Shown in pieces: positions 36,505 to 47,047 of a stretch of DNA of 47,047 bases. Each line of letters opens with the position of its first letter. Within the stretch, counting starts at the first letter, position 1. The notes beneath the pieces are model-generated. The model was not told where the DNA came from, did not search any database, and saw nothing but the letters and a program-made list of their open reading frames with translations. Source of the stretch: Nemertoderma westbladi (taxonomy: Eukaryota; Animalia; Xenacoelomorpha); assembly GCA_032718475.1 (NCBI GenBank), contig JAUCBJ010007427.1:1-47047 (forward strand). Reading direction: 5' to 3'. The translations under genes and the position numbers were made by a program.

Positions 36505-38312
36505 ACCTAATCACTGGAACCCACCCCTGGTACCCCTAATCACTGGACCCCACCCCTGGTACCCCTAATCACTGTACCCCACCCCTGGTACCCCTAATCA
36601 CTGGACCCCACCCCTGGTACCCCTAATCACTGGACCCCACCCCTGGTACCCCTAATCACTGGACCTCACCCCTGGTACCCCTAATCACTGGACCCCACTC
36701 CTGGTACCCCTAATTACTGGACCCACCCCTGGTACCCCTAATTTCTGGACACACCCCTGGTACCCCTAATCACTGGACCCCACTCCTGGTACCCCTAATT
36801 ACTGGACCCACCCCTGGTACCCCTAATCACTGGACCCCACCCCTGGTATCCCTAATCACTGGACCCCACCCCTGGTAACCCTAATCACTGGACCCCACTC
36901 CTGGTACCCCTAATCACTGGACCCCACCCCTGGTACCCCTAATCCCTGGACCCCACCTCTGGTACCCCTAATCACTGGACCCACCCCTGGTACCCCTAAT
37001 CAATGAACCCACCCCTGGTACCCCTAATTACTGGACCCACCCCTTGTACCCCTAATCAATGAACCCACCCCTGGTACCCCTAATTACTGGACCCACCCCT
37101 GGTACACCTAATCACTGGACCCCACCCCTGGTACCCCTAATCACTGGACCCCACCCCTGGTACCCCTAATCACTGGACCCACCCCTGGTACCCCTAATCA
37201 ATGAACCCACCCCTGGTACCCCTAATTACTGGACCCACCCCTGGTACACCTAATCACTGGACCCCACCCCTGGTACCCCTAATCACTGGACCCCACCCAT
37301 AGTACCCCTAATCACTGGACCCACCCCTGGTACCCCTAATCAATGAACCAACCCCTGGTACCCCTAATTACTGGACCCACCCCTGGTACACCTAATTTCT
37401 GGACCCACCACTGGTACACCTAATCAATGAACCCCACCCCTGGTACACCTAATCAATGAACCCACCCCTGGTGCACCTAATTTCTGGACCCCACCCCTGG
37501 TACCCCTAATCACTGGACCCCACCCCTGGTACCCCTAATTTCTGGACCCCACCCCTGGTACCCATAATCACTGGACCCCACCCCTGGTACCCCTAATTTC
37601 TGGACACACCCCTGGTACCCCTAATCACTGGACCCCACCCCTGGTACCCCTAATCACTGGACCCACCCCTGGTACCCCTAATTACTGGACACACCCCTGG
37701 TACCCCTAATTACTGGACCCACCTCTGGTACCCCTAATTACTGGACACACCCCCTGGTACCCCTAATCACTGGACCCCACCCCTGGTACCCCTAATTACT
37801 GGACCCCACCCCTGGTACACCTAATCACTGGACCCCACCCCTGGTACCCCTAATCACTGGACCCCACCCCTGGTACCCCTAATCACTGGACCCCACCCCT
37901 GGTACACCTAATCACTGGACATCACCACTCCTGGTACACCTAATCACTTGACCCCACCCCTGGTACCCCTAATCACTGGACCCGACCCCTGGTACACCTA
38001 AATCACTGGACCCTACCCGTGGTACCCATAATCACTGGACCCACCCCTGGTACACCTAATCAATGAACCCACCCCTGGTACCAACTAATCACTGGATCCA
38101 CCCCTGGTACCCATAATCACTGGACCTCACCACCCCTGGTACCCCAAATCACTGGACCTCACCGCTCCTGGTACACCTAAACACTGGACCCACCCGTGGT
38201 ACCCCTAATCAATGAACCCACCCCTGGTACACCTAATCAATGAACCCACCCCTGGTACACCTAATCACTGGACCCCACCCCTGGTACCCATAATCACTGG
38301 ACCCCACCCCTA
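36505..38312. repeat. 28-29-bp C-rich minisatellite, ~63 copies
   Basis: Unit ccccacccctggtacccctaatcactgga. The minus strand has three GGGG tracts per unit. Confidence 0.95.
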
Positions 38313-39050
38313 ATACCTGCCTGCCCTATCACCAAATCTCAGCCCTGGCAATGACCTTCGCCCACCTCGCAAGCACAGCGAGTTAGCCCGCAGTAGCGCA
38401 AATTGCAGTCTGCAATGGATGCCCCCAAGCACGACTGCAAATCCTCTGTCACGCATGGAATCTTTCCGTGTAATCATGGTATCATCAAGATGATGTACGA
38501 GTGTTTCAGCTTCGAAACACCTTATTATCCCATCAGTGGTTCGAACAAGTGGGGTAAAATGAATCTGCCTGTCCTCACATACCTCTCTGCAGTGCGCTTT
38601 CATTATATTTACCCTCTGTTGCAGGATAGACTAGGATGGCTAGGAGCGTATGGCTGATGAATACAAGGGAGCGTCTGCGTTAGTAATCGCAACATTAAAA
38701 GCTGCTACCCTATGATCCACCCAAATGTGCCCTGACCCCACCTATCTCAAATCCCTCATCATCAAGATGCCTCACCGGAAGAGAGACCTCTCTTTCCACA
38801 TGTGGGTTGCCCTAGGCTGTGGCCAGTAGGTCTCCAATAACATCCCGAACCTCATCGTGTCTTTTGGCAATCAGACACCCAGATTTGCAGCTCATTGCAT
38901 GAGTCACAGTGAAATCAGCCTTCACACTTGGTGGGGAGGTCTGGCGGAGCTAAACCATAACGCAGGTCAAGGTTGTCCCTAAACGTTAGGGTACAAAAAA
39001 GTGTGATCAAGTGGGGATGGTTGTACTGTCTACCACCCCCAGTGCGATGA
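38310..39050 (-). pseudogene. Old 3' fragment of a CRE-like non-LTR retrotransposon (zinc finger/RLE region)
   Basis: HFTPLVRTTDG...RLQFALLRANSLCLRGGR parallels the C-terminus of ORF 39250-40860. An upstream degenerate HAMSCKSGC...RHDEVRD motif lies at ~38845-38905. Confidence 0.7.
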
Positions 39051-39224
39051 GATGCTGTACATTCCCTTTTAAAGCAAAATTAGCCGTATATTTATTATTA
39101 AAACTAGTAAAAACAGCTGATGCACATCAGATCGCATAGCAAACACCACCAAGAACCAGACAAATATACACTGTTAAATTAGTACTACAGTTAGTATATG
39201 ATACTGTCTGACTGTCCTCCAGAC

Positions 39225-41909
39225 TTGGAGGGTTGTTATCCACAGCCGCCTACGCCGGGTTGCAGTCGGCATTGCTGTGGATGATCGACTCCACATCGCA
39301 CCGAACCAGACACCGCTTAGCTGATCGGCAGCCGCGAAGGGACAGGAGGGCTGGCCGCAAAGGGGCGAAACTCAACCTCCTGCAAACCCACACAACACGC
39401 TCTGAATAGCGGACCTCGCGTTTGTCAGCCAGTTTCAACGCGAGACGCTTGATAAACTGTGTGGCTGACGGTGAAGCTACACGAAACGCAGAGAATATAA
39501 GGGGAGTGAAGCTGGCGCGCTCCACCTCCCTCAACCTCTCTTCGTATTTGTGCCTCTTGCGAGACTTGTGGTGTAGGTGGGATGCCGGAAGGGACATCGC
39601 GGCATTGGTGTCCGCCAGCAGGTTGAAGACAGATACTATGTCGATTAACGTTTTCCGGAAACGGTTTCCCCAGAATCCGCTCACTGACACATCCAGCCTC
39701 ACCTGCTGGTCCGTCGAAGTCGACCGATGGCTGAACGTCTCGCCCGATAGTGGCTGCAGAAGCGGTTCCACCCCGACATTGTGTGCCACTTCCGTCAGGG
39801 TATCGGCAACAAAATCGCGAATCTCGTTGTGCCGTATGGAGGGGAACCCTCCGGTGGGGCACGACAGCATGTGGGACGAAGTAAATCGCACCCCACAAGC
39901 ACAACGACACGGTAGATTTCGCGGCGTCCACACGTAGCGGAGGCACAGGGAATCACGGAACCCTTCCTTGTTGAGGTGAGTATCCTGTAAGGTCAGAGGT
40001 TTACAGTTTAGCCAGGCTGAAGCTCCTTTCTCTCCCACTAGATCACACAGTTGCTGTTGATTCTGTGGCAGCTTACTGCACAATTCTTCCTTCTTTTCTT
40101 TGTTTTCAGCTGCTGTCACTATTTTGAGAGACTTTATGATGTCGATCTGCTCTTCCCGAACTTCCAACACAGTATCTGCGGTGGCCCCTACGAATGGTTC
40201 GCAGACTCTGTGGGAGTTCCGGTATTGAGACTCGAGATCCCGAGGGACCGGGACATTCAGCCCCCCGCCGCGAACCAGCAGCGACAACAACTCTCGCTCC
40301 TCCGTCAGAATAACTGCCTGGTCGGTGAGGCGACAGAGAAACCGCCCTACAGACTCCTCCAGCTTCCCAAACTGCTCCGTCGCCCCCGGTACGACCCGTG
40401 CTATGTACTGCCACCGGCAGGCCAGCCCGAACGCTAGACCCGCATAGGCGCAGTGGGGATCCACCGCGGCTATATTGGTTATCCGATCGACCTCGGCTGC
40501 AAACTCTGCGACCTTCTCTAAGAGGAACTGCCGACGGAACTCCTCAGTGCCAATGACGCCACCGAGAAGTTTACTTCCAACGATATTAATTGCAATGTTG
40601 GTGCCGGTGAACAACTCCTCCGCCTCCAGTAACCTGACCGCCTTCACCATGAGGCAGCACTTGGTGGGGTAACACCCATAATGCGGCCCCCATGCTACGA
40701 TGATGTCAAAGAACTTTCTGAGTTTGGTTAGACTCCCCGATGCGTTCCTGTCGGCCGCGAACCACCGCTGCTCCATGGTGCACCCCTGTTCCAACTCGTT
40801 CACCAAGGGCATTCCCCCACACCCATACATGGCCATTGCTACGGGGTCCCCTTGAGTCATTCCCTCCTCTCACAGTAAGGTTTCCCCACCCACGAAAAGC
40901 TGCGCCGGCTCGCTATAACAATTTGATACAATTGTGTGGAGTCCGGGACACACCACGCGGATATTATGAAGCGCCCCCCTGGCAGTTGAGGGCATTAAAC
41001 GCGTTAGTGGCATCAACTTGGAGAACACCATCACAGTTATCACGGTCAAACTTAGCTATGATATGAAAGCTTTGATTACCATGAGGAATCTACCATTACA
41101 CCAACCCACTAAAGCCGGTGTAGGTCCAGGCGGGGACGCGGTAGACATTGTGGGTCCAGGCGGGGACGCGGTAGACATCGTGGGTCCAGGTGGGGATGCG
41201 GTAGACATAGTGGGTCCAGGCGATGACGCGGTAGACATCGTGGGTCCAGGCGGGGACGCGGTAGACATCGTGGGTCCAGGCGGGGATGCAGTAGACATCG
41301 TGGGTCCAGGTGGGGACACGGTAGACATCGTGGGTCCAGACAGGCTGGTGTCGGTGGACGCAGTACAAGCACCAGACAGCTCGGGACCAGCACCGGCGTG
41401 ACTAGGAATTGCCCCAGACTTAACGCCAACAGATGAAGATGAGAGAGATAATAATGTTCCATCATTGTCCAACCAGGTTTCATCTGCCGACGGAGAACAT
41501 GTATCTAATGGCTGAGAGAAGAACGTCCGCGTTAACTGAACAGCACTACCCCAGTCCGGCAGTGGCTGGGAAGATGACGGCTGAACTAACGACGTACCGA
41601 CGTTTTCACAATTCCCGTTCTTCCTCACGGCGCAACTGATACTACAGTCTCTATGTGCTTTCGCGCAGACGCACTTCCTGCACCGACCAGTATTCCCGTT
41701 GCAGCCACAACAGGCTGCCATCTAAGATCAACTAAGCAAATGCGTGTAGCGATTAGCCAAAAGTGGCATCCAAGTGCAAGCCGTCCAAGTGGCATCAAGC
41801 AGTCTGGCAGTCAGTATGCACGCAGACAGTAGTACAGACAGTACATACCCAATGGTACACTACTAGGTGAGCTAGTCAAATTGGAGGGTTGTTATCCACA
41901 GCCGCCTAC
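39225..41909 (-). mobile_element. CRE-like non-LTR retrotransposon (RT plus restriction-like endonuclease), internally deleted, bounded by 29-bp direct repeats
   Basis: Cys-rich N-terminus from ATG 41721. RT motifs VDATNAFN and TQGDPVAMAMY, with the YADD site degenerate (WFAAD). CACG...HMLSC..GG...RHNEIRD finger and RLDV...K.HKY RLE region. ttggagggttgttatccacagccgcctac occurs at 39225-39253 and 41881-41909. Confidence 0.85.
41120..41340 (-). repeat. 30-bp coding minisatellite (PPGPTMSTAS), ~7 copies
   Basis: Plus-strand unit gggtccaggcggggacgcggtagacatcgt, in frame within ORF 41056-41721. Confidence 0.9.
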
Positions 41910-42270
41910 ATTCCACTGTCCACTATAACAATAACTACGTCCCACTTACGGTATAGAGACGATGTAAGCTTTGTTTCACCTAGGCGTGTCAGATAACAGC
42001 GTATATTACAGTATCTATGCCCGCAGTACTGAACAGTACAGTACACGAGTGGGGCACACACACTGACACCCCTATCCACTCATACATGGATAGACTTTGA
42101 AAACTGTCATAGTAAAATTATAACAGTTCGCCGATAGCTGGCAGTCCCGACTCGCTCCAGGTTGATTATAGCATAGTAGTTGTTCTTATCGCTAATTTAC
42201 TACATCCAGAAGTAAAAACTAGGAACTAAAAACAAAAAAAAATTTTCTATTACTACATATACTACGACTA

Positions 42271-42611
42271 CCCCCAAAGGCGACACAAAGGGCTGCCGCC
42301 TTAAACCTTTTAGAATATTTTAAATCTTACACTTTTAAACCCCATAGGCGGCACACTGCCGCCTTAATCATTTGTAACAGAATTATTGGCTAAATTGAAT
42401 TTAAATTTGAAGTAATTTCGTAAATTATGTTATCTAAACTACACTCAAACCAATATTATGAATCCCCCCATCATGTAATATTAAATTATCTTTTCTAGAC
42501 CAGTTTTTCCTGCCCAAAACGAATATCAAATCTATTTTTCCGTTCCAATAGTTATCACAAAGTTATAAGAGGTTTTAAATAAAGGCGGCACTCTGCCGCC
42601 TTTGGGGTTAA
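42271..42611. mobile_element. Small MITE, piggyBac-like ends
   Basis: ccccaaaggcg ... cgcctttgggg followed by TTAA, with an internal aggcggcac.ctgccgcct hairpin repeated. The left TTAA is not conserved. Confidence 0.5.
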
Positions 42612-42811
42612 GTTATAATTATAATTAGATTTACAATTATTTAGAATTAGTACGCTAAGGGTTAATAAACGTTTGTGGTAAAGATCGACTAAACTCCACA
42701 AATGCGTATAGTTCACTAAACTTCACATTTAAATGATTTAAATAATAATTATTTAACATTCACAGATCCATAGCATTGCTTTTAAAAAAATACAGGAAGT
42801 CATAGCAACTT

Positions 42812-44221
42812 CTACATAATGTCTTCTGGAATTCGTCCCATCAGTTGCATTATTCGGTTGAACTGGTATCGCACCCACATGTCTGTAGCTATGAAGAGAC
42901 CTCCAAACAGATCGGAGAATTCACCACTAATGATGTAATACCTTATCTTCAGTAACACAGTGATTAGTTTATGGCCACCCCAGAACGGTATATTTAATGC
43001 GTTATGCATCTTCTGTTCCAATTCTGCTTTCTCGAGTAGAATCTTTACTAACTTATCATCTTTGATTGTCTCATCTTTGTTGATACTAACAACAACCGGA
43101 GTGCCTCTCGTCATTCGTGGAAGGTGAACAAAGCTTTTAGGAATGTGGAAATTCACCCGAGACAAAAGCCCAACCAATATAATTTTTGCGAGATGCCGAG
43201 ATGTGATCTTGGCGGGACACGACCTCCGGTAACCTTGACCGAATGTCATAAAGTATCCCTTCCCTGGTGTTTCAGAGGTAGGAGTCGACGTTGTACTCCA
43301 ATCTTCCCAGCGTTCTGGTATAAATTCATTCGGTTCATCCCACAACATTTTGTTAACTTTATCAAAGTTAATGCAAATAATTTCTCCCTTAATAAATGTC
43401 TCATCTTTATATGTGAATGTTTTTTGAACTTTCCTTAGTGGTTTTGGGAACTGATTGTAAAGCCGGAGTGATTCGTTAAACGTCCAATCAAGGTATTTAT
43501 CTTTGATAATGTCGTCAGCAATCAATTCATCAGCATTTCTTTCTAAAACAGGTTTAAGTCTTTCAAACACATTGGGATGAAGAACTACATCAGTTAAACA
43601 ATGGCAGACACATTCCATTGTCTGCTGAACAGCTGAATAAAAAAATGTAGTTCCAATATGTTCTGTAAGCATCTCAATATCCACATTGTTTGGAATAAAC
43701 TCTTTAAAATTACCTTTCATCGAAATACTTATCTGCTTCTTAAGTTCTTCTTGTAATTTTCGACGTATTGGCTTTGACCTTAAAGATGTACCTATAAATA
43801 CGGTATTGAAATTTTTATTGGCATCGAAAAACGTTTTAAGTAAATTGTCAGGCATCTTCCTTTCAAAGATCATCTCAAACAACAGATAAATAACAATTTC
43901 CCTGACGTCCTCTTGAATAATTGTAGAAATAGCACCGAGATGTTTTCTTGAGTCCACCCAATCCGTTATTCTGAATTCAACAATATCAGCTATTAGACCC
44001 GGAGTAAAGCGTTTCAATAGGCAAGTTGTGATTAGAGAAAGGTCTTTATATTTCGCATTACTAGGATCAAATGTTTCTTGATGATGATTTGCGAATGGCC
44101 AGTGTGAGTAATGGCGGTACATGGTGATGGAGGTATCACTACCACCCCACTGCATGCCTTTACGATTGTAAATTTTCATGCAATCTTCAGGAGCTATGGA
44201 TTCATTAGGAATTTCTTTCAT
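42812..44221 (-). CDS. Cytochrome P450, atypical, uninterrupted ORF (469 aa)
   Basis: K-helix ESLR (ExxR), meander PNEFIPERW, heme-thiolate FGQGYRRSCPA, all in the correct order and spacing. No stops or frameshifts. Confidence 0.9.
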   Translation of the reverse strand: MKEIPNESIAPEDCMKIYNRKGMQWGGSDTSITMYRHYSHWPFANHHQETFDPSNAKYKDLSLITTCLLKRFTPGLIADIVEFRITDWVDSRKHLGAISTIIQEDVREIVIYLLFEMIFERKMPDNLLKTFFDANKNFNTVFIGTSLRSKPIRRKLQEELKKQISISMKGNFKEFIPNNVDIEMLTEHIGTTFFYSAVQQTMECVCHCLTDVVLHPNVFERLKPVLERNADELIADDIIKDKYLDWTFNESLRLYNQFPKPLRKVQKTFTYKDETFIKGEIICINFDKVNKMLWDEPNEFIPERWEDWSTTSTPTSETPGKGYFMTFGQGYRRSCPAKITSRHLAKIILVGLLSRVNFHIPKSFVHLPRMTRGTPVVVSINKDETIKDDKLVKILLEKAELEQKMHNALNIPFWGGHKLITVLLKIRYYIISGEFSDLFGGLFIATDMWVRYQFNRIMQLMGRIPEDIM

Positions 44222-44544
44222 ATTGAAATATCTTGAAAATAATTATATAAATTATCGTCATTAAAGTTCAACAGTGATATATGATATTGATATTATATGA
44301 TATACATCATTTATAAAAATTACTACTTAACGTCACCAATTCAATATGTTATAAGTTAGTTCTAAATTATATTAGTTGTACATTATTTTAGTTTTCATTA
44401 TGAAATGGGCTACTACTATAATCTGTCTGCTGCATTGCAACAGCACATTGAGATGCTATTCCAGCTTAACAAAAACATTTTGTCACCACCATACAATCCA
44501 CAATTGGCAAGCCCAATGCAGCGTAGATTAATAATGCTATGCCG

Positions 44545-44922
44545 GCTTATCAACAAATTTGCACCGCCAGAACTCCCTTCCCTATCCCTCATGACTTCGC
44601 AAGATTATCCGCATCTTCAATTTCCTTTTAATAGGCGTCTTAAGAAAGTCATGGGCTATCAACCATGCATATTTTCTCCATGAGGCTCCAAAGCACATAA
44701 ATGTGATCATGCTGGTCCTCACGGTGAAAGCAATGTCCTGCAAAGCGGAGGCGGCATCGTTCAAATTTCAAGCTTAGGGGGACCAATAAGACACATCCAA
44801 TGTTATATAGTGTCTAGTTGGAGATGTGTGCTTTGTACTTGACACAGTGAACCAGACGTAGCATTTTCGTGAATGTGCCATCAGTTTGTGTCCTCAGGAG
44901 TTAGAACCCACATGGACTCCCA
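44545..44922 (-). mobile_element. Diverged 3' fragment of the same RTE family as 23362-24437
   Basis: Aligns by eye with ~23420-23805 (aagaaagtcatgggct, aaagcaatgtcctgcaaagcggaggcg, tccaatgttatatagtgtct). Confidence 0.85.
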
Positions 44923-45575
44923 TAAAACTATTTCAGTACTTCAAACTCAGTACTAATTGAATATTACAACATATAACTTACAAATGTTATCTACTGTGTT
45001 GATGTGCCAACGTTTATAGACTCATAGATGGGTATATGGCCCTGTAGTTAATACAAATACCGTAATTTACTTAACATTTCTGTAATTTTATATGTTCAGT
45101 GCCTATTGCTCTGTGTATTATACAGTATATAGCCTTTTATCTAGCCTTTCTTTCACCACCTATAATCTTGTCGACCTTTGGTGTTTACACAACTGTAAGC
45201 TACTCAATCACCCTACAGTATATTGCCTTCTTACAACTGTATATACAATATACATTAATCATTCATTCCTTGTAATGAGGTGTAATAGTTGTTTAGTAGT
45301 TCCCATTATGATTCATTGATGTTATACCTTTTGAACTGTGGATATTCTCATATAAATTTGTCAGGTTTTCTCTATCAACCAGATTTTATTATCTCTTATA
45401 GACTATTTGATCTAGGGGACGTCCTATGGTTGTCAAATTGAATAATTACCTGCGTGATCTCCAAAATCTAACATTTACAATATTATATCAGAAAGCTGCT
45501 ATATTTTTGTATTATAGATTATGGCAATGTTATGAAATAAAGGACAGGGAGAGTGGATATAAGTGTTTGTCTTAA

Positions 45576-46519
45576 CCCTATTAAACCCGGGGGGGGGGGG
45601 GGGGGGGGGGGGGGGTGGGGGGGGTCAGATATGACCTGAATTCAATGGAATATATAATTATCGAACTAGACATCTCAAACTTGTATTTTTCGGAAGTGGA
45701 TGCAAAATGTGGTGCTAGCACCAAATTTTGAAAACCATCAAATATATCAATTGATTGTGTGATCTTGTTTCTTGCGTTATATGGGTTTGTTAGGGTTCTG
45801 AATTCAATGGAATCAGTAAAAATTTCATAAGAGTTTTCAAACTTGTATTTTTCGCCGGTGGGTGAAAATTGTTGTTCCAGCACCAAATTTTGGAAAATGA
45901 GTAAATTGATCAGTAGATAGTATCATCTTGTTTCTTGCGTTATACGGGTTTGTGAGGGTCCTGAATCCGATGGAATCAATAAAAACAGCACTGGACATCG
46001 CAAACTTGTACTTTTTGGTGATGGGTACGAAATTTGGTGCTAGCACCAAAATTTGCCAAATTACGCCGAAAAATACAAGTAGCAATGATCTGGCATATTT
46101 GAAATGTATTCCATTAGAATAAGCGCCCAAGAAAACCTGAAAATGTGAATTTATAGCATCGTATAAGTGATTTAAAAATGTTGTGTTCTAACTGAAAAGT
46201 GCTGGTTACTTTTACATTTATGGTAATCATATCATTTTTAAATATTTTCCAATGTATTTTGCGCCCCAGAAAACCTGTATTGAAAAACATTTAGCCGAAA
46301 AATGTAACTTTCAAATTTTGTGAAAATTGTGCACTACTTGTAATTTTGGTGCTGCAATATTACCACCCCAGTACATTTTTTCGAAAATTTTTTTTTCGGT
46401 CGGATCCAGACTAGTGATATCTACGTTTTCGTTTATATTTGTAGATTTTAGAGGGAAGGGTCAATATGACCCCCCCCCCCGGTATTTGTACAGCATTTTA
46501 TAGCCCGGTACTAATAGGG
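45576..46519. mobile_element. Non-autonomous piggyBac-type element
   Basis: TTAA|CCCTATTAAACCCGGG ... CCCGGTACTAATAGGG|TTAA, with an internal ~162-bp unit repeated ~2.5 times (45637, 45799, 45962). Confidence 0.85.
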
Positions 46520-46611
46520 TTAACTACTGTATATCCAGGTAAATCCACTAGCACTCTCTGTAGCCGAGTGGGGCACTTGTGTAGTGGGTAGGGATCAAAA
46601 GCCCTCTTTTT

Positions 46612-46748
46612 AGTCACAGACGTAAGTCAGTCGTCACAGACGTAGGTCACAGACGTAGGTCACAGATAGATGTAGGTCATATGTCACAGACGTAAGTCAC
46701 AGATCTTAAGTCACAGACGTATGCTCGCAGAAGTAGGTCACAGACGTT
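46612..46748 (+). repeat. Degenerate ~13-bp tandem repeat gtcacagacgta(a/g)
   Basis: About 8 imperfect copies. Confidence 0.75.
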
Positions 46749-47047
46749 ATACTTGGCAGCCGCCCTTCTCATGCACCAGTCCTTAAAGTATATTATGTCT
46801 GGTGCCTCCCCGGCACAGTGACATTTAGAAATCAAAGCGCTCTTTTATAAAACAAAGTGCTCTTTTATAGGAGAATGCAAGAGTTTTCAGAATAAGGTTC
46901 AAAAAAACATCCCATATAATGAAATGTGCAAGTGGGGGTTAACCCCCACCACCCCCACCGCCAAACTTACCATTCGCTAGAATGGGGGGTTAACCCCCAC
47001 CACCCCCACCAATCTCTAAACTTAGAACGAGCAGAAAAATATGACTA

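Noticed and set aside
36505-38312. CRISPR-like 29-bp repeat
   Set aside because: The units are contiguous with no spacers, so it is a minisatellite.
39236-39244. TTATCCACA (bacterial DnaA box), also at 41892
   Set aside because: It is part of the 29-bp direct repeat in eukaryotic TE context, with no oriC-like cluster.

Overview
This is AT-rich eukaryotic DNA, most likely from an invertebrate animal, and it is almost entirely nested, mostly decayed transposable elements. From left to right: a BEL/Pao LTR retrotransposon integrase with a candidate LTR; an orphan ORF and a second LTR; tRNA-derived SINE-like elements; several minisatellites; an RTE LINE split by a Phantom/Mutator-like element with foldback TIRs; a TACGG...CCGTA element (IS3EU-like, 6-bp TSD) carrying a decayed HECT ubiquitin-ligase-like ORF plus an RTE insertion; a long-TIR foldback element holding a degenerate Gypsy provirus and a solo LTR; two CRE-like restriction-endonuclease retrotransposons, one bounded by a perfect 29-bp direct repeat; and piggyBac-type MITEs. 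The only intact non-TE gene is an uninterrupted 469-codon cytochrome P450 (42812-44221, minus). It has no N-terminal membrane anchor and non-animal motifs, so it is a candidate horizontal acquisition from bacteria or fungi. No CRISPR, rRNA or convincing tRNA genes were seen. All family assignments come from motif recognition by eye and were not confirmed by database search.
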